The position numbers were made by a program, and so were the translations under genes. 64,000 bases of DNA from Sandaracinaceae bacterium. Its GTDB lineage: Bacteria > Myxococcota_A > Polyangia > Polyangiales > Sandaracinaceae. The stretch spans positions 64,001-128,000 of the forward strand of contig JBGAQA010000002.1 of the NCBI GenBank assembly GCA_044220955.1, in the 5' to 3' direction. The notes under the pieces are model-generated. The model worked only from the letters and a program-made list of their open reading frames with translations. It ran no database searches and was not told the origin of the DNA. How positions within the stretch are numbered: the first letter of the stretch is position 1; each line of letters opens with the position of its first letter. Below are positions 57,525 through 64,000 of the stretch, one piece after another.

Positions 57525-58978
57525 GACAGGAGCGCCCGGTACACGTCCACGTACTTCTGCGCCTGCTTCGGCCAGCCCAGCTGCGCGCGCATGCCGTTCG
57601 CCTGGATCTCGCGGAAGCGGTCGCGATCGCCCCCCGCGCCACTGCCCCAGAGCTCGAGCGCGTACTCCGTCGCCCAGCGCAGGCCGCGCGCGTCGAAGTG
57701 ATCGAATGTCACGCCGTTGCCGTCCGAGCCGCGCCCGCGGAAGAGCGTCACCGTGTCGGCGAGCCCGCCCGTCTTGTGCACGATGGGCACCGTCCCGTAG
57801 CGAAGGCTGTACATCTGGTTCAGGCCGCAGGGCTCGTAGCGCGAGGGCATGAGGAACATGTCCGCGCCCGCCTCGATGAGGTGCGCCATCGGCTCGCTGA
57901 ACGCCCGCACGAAGCGTGCCTTGTGCGAGTACTGGGCCTGAAGGCGCGCGAAGAGCTGCTCGTAGCGCGACTCGCCCGTGCCGAGCACGACGAGCTGCAC
58001 GTCGTGGCGCCCGAGCACGCCCGGGAGCACCGGCTCGCAGAGGTCGAAGCCCTTCTGCCACGCGAGACGCGACACGATGCCGATCACGGGCGCGCGCGGG
58101 TGGTAGGGCAGCCCCACCTGCTGGAGCAGCGCGCGCTTGTTCACCTCTTTTCCCTGCCAGTCACCGCTGCCGTAGCGCTGCGGGATCAGCCGATCGCGCT
58201 CGGGGCTCCACTCGTCCTCGTCGATGCCGTTGAGGATCCCGACGACGCCGGGGCCGCGGTTCCGCAGGAAAGGATCCATCCCCACGCCGTGCTCAGGCGT
58301 CATGATCTCGCGCGCGTACGTCGGGCTCACCGTCGTGATCGCGTCGGCGTAGAGCACGCCGTGGAGCATGAAGTTGACCTTGCCCTCCTTGAGGAGGTCT
58401 TGGTGGAAGTTCGACGCGATCTCGGCGAGCCCGGTGTCGGGCAGGACGCTCGCGGCGAAGCTGCCCTGGTAGCCGATGTTGTGGATGGTGAAGACGGTCT
58501 TGGTGCGATCGAACAGGCGATCCCAGCGCAGCGCGGTCTTCACGATCAGCGGCATGAGCGCCGTCTGCCAGTCGTGCGCGTGCACGATCTCCGGCGGCCA
58601 GCCCCAGGCCTGGCACGTCTTGAGCGCGGCCCACGAGAGCACGCAGAAGCGCAGGTGCTCGTCCGGGTCGGTGGTGTAGATCGACGGGCGGTCGAAGAGC
58701 TCGGGGCAGACGACGAAGTAGCAGGGGACGTCGGTGCCCGGGAAGTGGCACGTCGCGATGCCGAAGCGGACCCGCCGGCCGCCCAGCTCCACCGAGAGCT
58801 CGGGGAACACCCAGCTCAGGGGCTTGGCCTTCTCGCGCGACTTCGCATACAGCGGCACGAACACGCGCACGTCGTGGCCGAGCGCGCGCAGGTGCTTGGG
58901 GAGCGCGCCGCACACGTCGCCGAGACCACCGGTCTTGGCGAAGGGCGCGACCTCGGAGGAGACGAAGAGGACTCGCAC
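57521..58978 (-). CDS. glgA: Glycogen synthase
   Basis: KTGGLGDV, HAHDWQ, TIHN, VSPTYA, GILNG, PSRYEPCGLNQ. Confidence 0.96.
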   Translation of the reverse strand: MRVLFVSSEVAPFAKTGGLGDVCGALPKHLRALGHDVRVFVPLYAKSREKAKPLSWVFPELSVELGGRRVRFGIATCHFPGTDVPCYFVVCPELFDRPSIYTTDPDEHLRFCVLSWAALKTCQAWGWPPEIVHAHDWQTALMPLIVKTALRWDRLFDRTKTVFTIHNIGYQGSFAASVLPDTGLAEIASNFHQDLLKEGKVNFMLHGVLYADAITTVSPTYAREIMTPEHGVGMDPFLRNRGPGVVGILNGIDEDEWSPERDRLIPQRYGSGDWQGKEVNKRALLQQVGLPYHPRAPVIGIVSRLAWQKGFDLCEPVLPGVLGRHDVQLVVLGTGESRYEQLFARLQAQYSHKARFVRAFSEPMAHLIEAGADMFLMPSRYEPCGLNQMYSLRYGTVPIVHKTGGLADTVTLFRGRGSDGNGVTFDHFDARGLRWATEYALELWGSGAGGDRDRFREIQANGMRAQLGWPKQAQKYVDVYRALLS

Positions 58979-59028
58979 GGCGAGAAGGATACGGCAGGCC
59001 AGAGCGCAGCTGGCGAGCTTTGCGGGCG

Positions 59029-59601
59029 TCAGGGACCCGCGTCGGCGCCGTCGAGACCGCCGGCGTCCACGAAGGCCGCCCCGCTCGGAGCGGTGACGAT
59101 CTCCACCTCACCGAGGGCGTCGACTCCGTCGCCGGTCACGCGGGCCCGGATCAAGAGCCGCTGGCCCGGCATCTCGTTCCAGCCGAGCTGATCGAAGATG
59201 GGCCCGTCGACCAGGCGCGCGTCGAGCCGCGCGAAGAGCGCGTGCAGCGGCCCGACGCCCGGGAACTCGCCGAGGGGAGCGCGATCGGGGAGCGTGAAGT
59301 TCCACAGCGTCACGTCGAACGATGGGTCGACGCCGGGCGCGAGCGCCCCGTCGATCGCGACGGCGGGCACGATCATCACGCCGCCCTGCGGTCCGCGGAC
59401 CAGCGGGATCGCGTCGCCGTCGTGCCAGGGCGTGAAGATGGCGCCGCTCTCGCGCGTGCCGATCTCGACGCGCGGGCGTGCGGCGTCGTGACCGGCCGGC
59501 GCGGCGTCGACCGTCGAGGCGCCGGCCGGGCCCGCACACCCCGCGAGCGAGATGAGCGCCGAGAGCCAGACGTGCGCGCGGACCACGCCAGAGGATGACA
59601 C
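59029..59601 (-). CDS. Hypothetical lipoprotein
   Basis: LAGC lipobox; LVRGPQGG motif; start uncertain. Confidence 0.6.
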   Translation of the reverse strand: MSSSGVVRAHVWLSALISLAGCAGPAGASTVDAAPAGHDAARPRVEIGTRESGAIFTPWHDGDAIPLVRGPQGGVMIVPAVAIDGALAPGVDPSFDVTLWNFTLPDRAPLGEFPGVGPLHALFARLDARLVDGPIFDQLGWNEMPGQRLLIRARVTGDGVDALGEVEIVTAPSGAAFVDAGGLDGADAGP

Positions 59602-59643
59602 GCCGCTTTACGTGCCGCCGCATCGGCCGTATGCCTCCGCGCG

Positions 59644-60636
59644 ATGGGCGACGGAGATCCGCGCACGAAGATCGGGCCCCCGGGCGCACCTGGCCCGGCC
59701 GCCACCGGCAAGAAGCCGGACTGGCTGCGCGTCCGCCTGCCCGGCGGCGAGCGCTACGAGACGCTGAAGCGCACGGTGCGGACGCTCGACCTGCACACCG
59801 TCTGCGAGGAGGCGCGCTGCCCGAACGCGGGCGAGTGCTGGGGCGAGGGGACCCTCACGATCATGATCCTCGGCGACACGTGCACGCGAGGTTGCCGCTT
59901 CTGCGCCGTGACCACGGGCGATCCGCGCGGCGTGACCGATCCGCGGGAGCCCGAGAACACGGCGCGTGCGCTGGCGGCGCTCGATCTGGCGTACGTCGTG
60001 CTGACGATGGTGGATCGAGACGACCTCGCGGACGGCGGCGCGGCCCACGTGGCGCGCACCGTCGAGCGCATCAAGACGAACGCGCCGAAACTCCTGGTCG
60101 AGACGCTGGTGGGCGACTTCGCGGGTGTCCGCGCCGACGTGGCGACCGTGGTGACGGAGGGCCGGCCCGACGTGTTCGCGCACAACGTCGAGGTGGTACC
60201 AGGGCTGCAGCGCAAGATGCGCGACGTGCGCTGCTCGTGGGAGCGCTCGGTGGACGTGCTGCGCTGGGCGAAGGCCGAGGGCGCCGCCGTCACGAAGAGC
60301 TCGCTCATGGTCGGCTGCGGCGAGTCGGAGGGCGACGTGCGCGAGGCGATGGCGAAGCTGCGCGAGGCCGACGTGGACGTGGTGACGATCGGCCAGTACC
60401 TGCGGCCGAGCCCGAAGCACGCCGAGGTGGTCCGCTACGTGACGCCCGACGAGTTCGAGCAGTACCGGCAGGCAGGCGTCGCGCTCGGCTTCCGCTACGT
60501 CGCGAGCGGCCCGCTCGTGCGCTCGAGCTACCGCGCCGCCGAGGCGTTCATGACGGGGATCCTGCGCGCAGAGCCCGGCGTGCTGCTCGCGGATCGCTAC
60601 GGCAAGAAGACGCACCTGCCGGTCGTCGGTCCGTGA
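59644..60636 (+). CDS. lipA: Lipoyl synthase
   Basis: KPDWL, CEEARCPNAGEC, CTRGCRFC, GQYL, RSSY. Confidence 0.97.
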   Translation: MGDGDPRTKIGPPGAPGPAATGKKPDWLRVRLPGGERYETLKRTVRTLDLHTVCEEARCPNAGECWGEGTLTIMILGDTCTRGCRFCAVTTGDPRGVTDPREPENTARALAALDLAYVVLTMVDRDDLADGGAAHVARTVERIKTNAPKLLVETLVGDFAGVRADVATVVTEGRPDVFAHNVEVVPGLQRKMRDVRCSWERSVDVLRWAKAEGAAVTKSSLMVGCGESEGDVREAMAKLREADVDVVTIGQYLRPSPKHAEVVRYVTPDEFEQYRQAGVALGFRYVASGPLVRSSYRAAEAFMTGILRAEPGVLLADRYGKKTHLPVVGP

Positions 60637-61385
60637 TCGTCCGGCAGCCGAGCGCGACGCAAGATCGCGCGCCGATTGCGTCGACGACGGCCGTGGGCGC
60701 GCTGTGTCTCGCGGCTGGGCTCTGGCTCGCGCACGGCGCGATGGGGCATCCGGTGCCGCAGGCGAGCGAGGCCGACGTGCCCGCGTTCGCCGGAGCGCCC
60801 GCCGAGGGCGAGGGCGAGGGCGAGAGCGAGAGCGAGGGCGAGAGCGAGAGCGAGAGCGAGGGCGAAGGCGAGGGCGAGAGCGACGGCGAGAGCGAGAGCG
60901 AGAGCGAGAGCGAGGGCGAGGGCGAGAGCGAGAGCGACGGCGAGGGCGAGGGCGTCGCGGCGCCACCGAGCGTCGCCAGCCCGGTGTCTGCGACCCCGCG
61001 ACCGCCTCCGCCGATCGGCACCGGCGTCGCGGCGCGCGTCCGCCGCGGCCGCGTCGCCTACCTCCGCTGCGACGGCGCGCCCCCGGCGTCCGGCCCGTTC
61101 CCGTGCCCGCGCGATGCGGCCCTCGAGGCCACGGTCTGGGCGGCCGTCGACCAGCTGCTCGCCTGCACTCCGCCGCTGCCCCCCGGCCAGGCCGATCTCG
61201 TCCTGCAGTTCGATCGCGCCGCCAGTCCCGAGCTCACCGTCACGACGCGGGACACGTTCCCCGAGGATGCGATCCGGACCGATGCCGCGGCCGTCGTCAC
61301 CTGCCTCGGGCCCACGCTCGCGGCGAGCACCACCACGGTTCCCGGTGACTTCGTCCGGGTCGGCTTCCGCTTCTCGCTCGACTGA
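60633..61385 (+). CDS. Membrane-anchored hypothetical protein with a Glu-Gly/Glu-Ser linker
   Basis: GTGA overlap with lipA; TM helix; acidic repeat; Cys-containing C-terminal domain. Confidence 0.65.
   Translation: MIVRQPSATQDRAPIASTTAVGALCLAAGLWLAHGAMGHPVPQASEADVPAFAGAPAEGEGEGESESEGESESESEGEGEGESDGESESESESEGEGESESDGEGEGVAAPPSVASPVSATPRPPPPIGTGVAARVRRGRVAYLRCDGAPPASGPFPCPRDAALEATVWAAVDQLLACTPPLPPGQADLVLQFDRAASPELTVTTRDTFPEDAIRTDAAAVVTCLGPTLAASTTTVPGDFVRVGFRFSLD
60804..60953 (+). repeat. (GAGGGC/GAGAGC)n hexamer repeat encoding EG/ES
   Basis: About 25 consecutive hexamer units. Confidence 0.9.
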
Positions 61386-61391
61386 CCCGCG

Positions 61392-61643
61392 CTAGCGGGC
61401 GACCTCGAGGGCCGTCGGCTCGCCCGAGCGGATCTCCAGGCGGTAGCGGCTGTTCGCGGTCTGGATGTAGTAGATCTCGCGCCCGCAGATCCGCATGACG
61501 CGCTTGACGGGCGTGGTCACGTACTCGTGCAGGCCGTCCGGGAATTCGATGACGAGCACGGCCCCTTTGCGAGGTGGGCGAAGCAGGCGGCCGACCACTG
61601 CGCGGCCAGCCTTGCGCCCCATCTTCCGCAGGACGACGTCCAC
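61392..61643 (-). CDS. Small hypothetical protein
   Basis: GTG 6 nt after TACTTT; HEYVTTPVKRV..YIQTANSRYRLE; typical codon usage. Confidence 0.6.
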   Translation of the reverse strand: MDVVLRKMGRKAGRAVVGRLLRPPRKGAVLVIEFPDGLHEYVTTPVKRVMRICGREIYYIQTANSRYRLEIRSGEPTALEVAR

Positions 61644-61710
61644 GAGACCAAAGTAGCACGAGTCATCTGGCCGGCAAAAGGCCGTGTTAGCTTCCGGGCG
61701 GACGCTTTCC

Positions 61711-62295
61711 ATGCACGTGATGCACGCCGAGATCGGCTGGGTGGAGGTCATCTGCGGCCCCATGTTCAGCGGCAAGAGCGAGGAGCTCATCCGCCGCCTG
61801 AAGCGGGCCGCGATCGCCCGCCAGCCGCTGCAGATCTTCAAGCCGAAGATCGACGACCGGTATCACGAGACGAAGATCGTCTCGCACTCGGAGCACTCGA
61901 TCGAGGCCACCCCGGTCGCGAGCGCCGCCGACGTCGCCCGCCTGGTCGCCCCCGAGACGCGCGTGGTCGGGATCGACGAGGTCCAGTTCTTCGACCCCGA
62001 GATCGTCGGCGTGATCGAGCGGCTGGCCGACGGCGGCGTGCGGGTCATCGCGGCCGGCCTCGACCAGGACTACGCGGCGCGTCCCTTCGACCCGATGCCG
62101 CAGCTGCTCGCGCTGGCCGAGTACGTCACCAAGTCCCTCGCGATCTGCAGCCGCTGCGGCGCCCCCGCCGGCCGCTCCCAGCGGATGGTGGCGACCGAGA
62201 GCCGGGTGCTCGTCGGCGCCGCTGACGCGTACGAGCCTCGCTGCCGACGGTGCCACAGCAAGCACGCCGAGCCGCGAACCGGCAACCTGTTCTGA
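61711..62295 (+). CDS. tdk: Thymidine kinase
   Basis: [33 protein letters not shown]. Confidence 0.96.
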   Translation: MHVMHAEIGWVEVICGPMFSGKSEELIRRLKRAAIARQPLQIFKPKIDDRYHETKIVSHSEHSIEATPVASAADVARLVAPETRVVGIDEVQFFDPEIVGVIERLADGGVRVIAAGLDQDYAARPFDPMPQLLALAEYVTKSLAICSRCGAPAGRSQRMVATESRVLVGAADAYEPRCRRCHSKHAEPRTGNLF

Positions 62296-62407
62296 CCACG
62301 CGGCGCGCCCCTCGTCCGGGCGCGGCGTGCGATCGCTCATGCCGGAGGACTATCGCGCGAGGGCGAGCGTGGCGTTCAATCAGCGTTTCGCTTCGCCGGA
62401 GGTGCCC

Positions 62408-63835
62408 ATGGCTCGCTGGATCGTCGTCTCGATCGCCTGCGCCGTCGTCTCGGTGATGGGCTGCACCACCACTTCGGCGAGGCGCCCCAACGTCGACACG
62501 GGCGTGACCCCCGGTGACGACGCCGGGACGGTCATCCCCGGCACCGACACGGGCCCGATCATCCCGCGCGACATCGGCCCGCCGCGCGACGGCGGCCCGC
62601 TCGACAGCGATTCCGATGGAATCCCGGACGCGGACGAGGCGACGTACGGCACCGACCCCACCAACGCCGACAGCGACGGCGACGGCGTCTCGGACGGCGT
62701 CGAGGTGCTCGCCGGGACCATCCCCACCGACATCACCAGCACCATCCCCCCGACGGACTTCTACGTGGTGCTGCCGTACATGGATCCGGAGCAGCACCGG
62801 AACCTCGACTTCACGGCGCGGCTCGGGCGCGCCGACGTCTACTTCCTCGTCGACACGACCGGCTCGATGGGCGGCGCGATCATGAACGTGAAGAACTCGC
62901 TTCGCGACGTGATCGTCCCGGCGATCAACGGCGCGATCGCGGATGCGGTCATGGGCGTCGGCGACTACCGCGACTATGCCGAGACGCCGGACGAGCCCGC
63001 GACGTACGGCGACCCCGGCGACTGGACGTTCCGGAGCCGTCAGTCGATGACCGCCGACGTGACCGCCGTCGCGGCGGGCCTGATGATGCTCCGCCCCGGC
63101 GGCGGCGGCGACGAGCCGGAGTCGGGCACCGAGGCCCTCTGGCAGGCGGTCTCGGGCCCGTGCGCGGATGGCTCGGGCTTCGGCGCGGCGTGCTTCCGCT
63201 CGATGAGCCACCCGATCATCGTGCTCGTCACCGACGCGCACCTGCACAACGGCCCGGACTCCGCGTACGACTTCCCGAGCTCGTTCGGCCTGCACACGTA
63301 CTCCGAGACGATCGCGGCGATGAACGCGCAGAACGTGAAGGTCATCGGCGCCGCGGTCGGCCTGCTCGGCACGTTCGTGCCCCAGGCGAACCTGAACCAG
63401 ATCGCGATGGACACGGGCTCGCGCGCCTCGGACGGCAGCACCACCGTCTACCGCGCGGGCATGGGCCGCGTGAGCGACACGGTCGTCAACGGCATCGTCG
63501 ACCTCGTCGGCGCGGCGAGGCAGGACGTCTCGGCGCGCAGCATCGACGACACGTCGGTGGACACCGTGGACGCGACGCAGTTCATCACGGCGATCACCCC
63601 CGCCGGCTCGTCGCGGCCCGTGACCAGCATGGACCTGACGACGTTCTACGGCGTGCCAGGCGGCACGACGGTCACGTTCGACGTGACGTTCGTGAACAAC
63701 ACGATCCCGCAGGAAGGGCACCCGCAGCTCTACAAGGCGTTCATCGAGGTCTTCGACGTCGCGTCCGGCACCGCGCTCGACCGCCGGAACGTGTACATCG
63801 TCATCCCGGCCATCGGCGGCAGCGTCGTGATCTGA
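62408..63835 (+). CDS. Lipoprotein with DxDxDG calcium-binding motifs and an integrin-beta-like vWA domain
   Basis: GGAGG ribosome-binding site; VMGC lipobox; DSDSDGIPD, DSDGDGVSD; DVYFLVDTTGSM, GGDEPES, LVTDA. Confidence 0.82.
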   Translation: MARWIVVSIACAVVSVMGCTTTSARRPNVDTGVTPGDDAGTVIPGTDTGPIIPRDIGPPRDGGPLDSDSDGIPDADEATYGTDPTNADSDGDGVSDGVEVLAGTIPTDITSTIPPTDFYVVLPYMDPEQHRNLDFTARLGRADVYFLVDTTGSMGGAIMNVKNSLRDVIVPAINGAIADAVMGVGDYRDYAETPDEPATYGDPGDWTFRSRQSMTADVTAVAAGLMMLRPGGGGDEPESGTEALWQAVSGPCADGSGFGAACFRSMSHPIIVLVTDAHLHNGPDSAYDFPSSFGLHTYSETIAAMNAQNVKVIGAAVGLLGTFVPQANLNQIAMDTGSRASDGSTTVYRAGMGRVSDTVVNGIVDLVGAARQDVSARSIDDTSVDTVDATQFITAITPAGSSRPVTSMDLTTFYGVPGGTTVTFDVTFVNNTIPQEGHPQLYKAFIEVFDVASGTALDRRNVYIVIPAIGGSVVI

Positions 63836-64000
63836 CGTTTCGGGGGATCGATCCCATCTCCTGGTGCTCTCCGACTCCCCCTGCCCGCCCGGCGGGGACA
63901 GCAAGCCGAACCGACGACGTCCAGGAAAACAGGACGACGTCGAGATGTGCGTGTCACCCCCTCACCGACTCGGTTCGCCGGCCTCCCGCCTCGGAGCGAG

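Overview
Very GC-rich, densely coding bacterial chromosome segment, most likely Myxococcota (Polyangia/Sandaracinaceae-like). This is inferred from a GltG-like FHA+TonB_C gliding protein, a MYXO-CTERM-like sorting tail and many Cys-rich surface proteins. About 57 genes are supported. They include norQ/norD, a BagA/BagB-like ArsA ATPase pair, a TonB_C-fused TonB-dependent receptor operon, terB and HAD genes, paired cation:proton antiporters, an SxtJ/carbamoyltransferase/DUF5989(SxtK) cluster converging on an SGNH protein, tadA with the SRP RNA (ffs), holA, an ECF sigma/NrsF-like pair, Cys-rich adhesins, tamB, vapBC, add, glgA, lipA and tdk. No rRNA, tRNA, CRISPR array, transposase, integrase or reverse transcriptase was seen. 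The best candidate for an undescribed system is at 15238-19716. The 54-aa DUF5989 membrane peptide ends in PFLYSLW, which resembles the DltX/AlgI Tyr acyl-carrier motif. It sits with a membrane-anchored SGNH protein and a carbamoyltransferase, but no MBOAT, suggesting a trans-membrane O-carbamoyl relay for cell-envelope polymers. Other notable items are a Tat-type peptide with duplicated CSDSDPTD modules, a 145-bp hairpin element, an autoregulatory ECF promoter, many apparently leaderless genes, an orphan ABC ATPase lacking its catalytic Glu, and a frameshifted RCC1 remnant. All calls were made by eye from sequence motifs without database searches, and start codons are best estimates.
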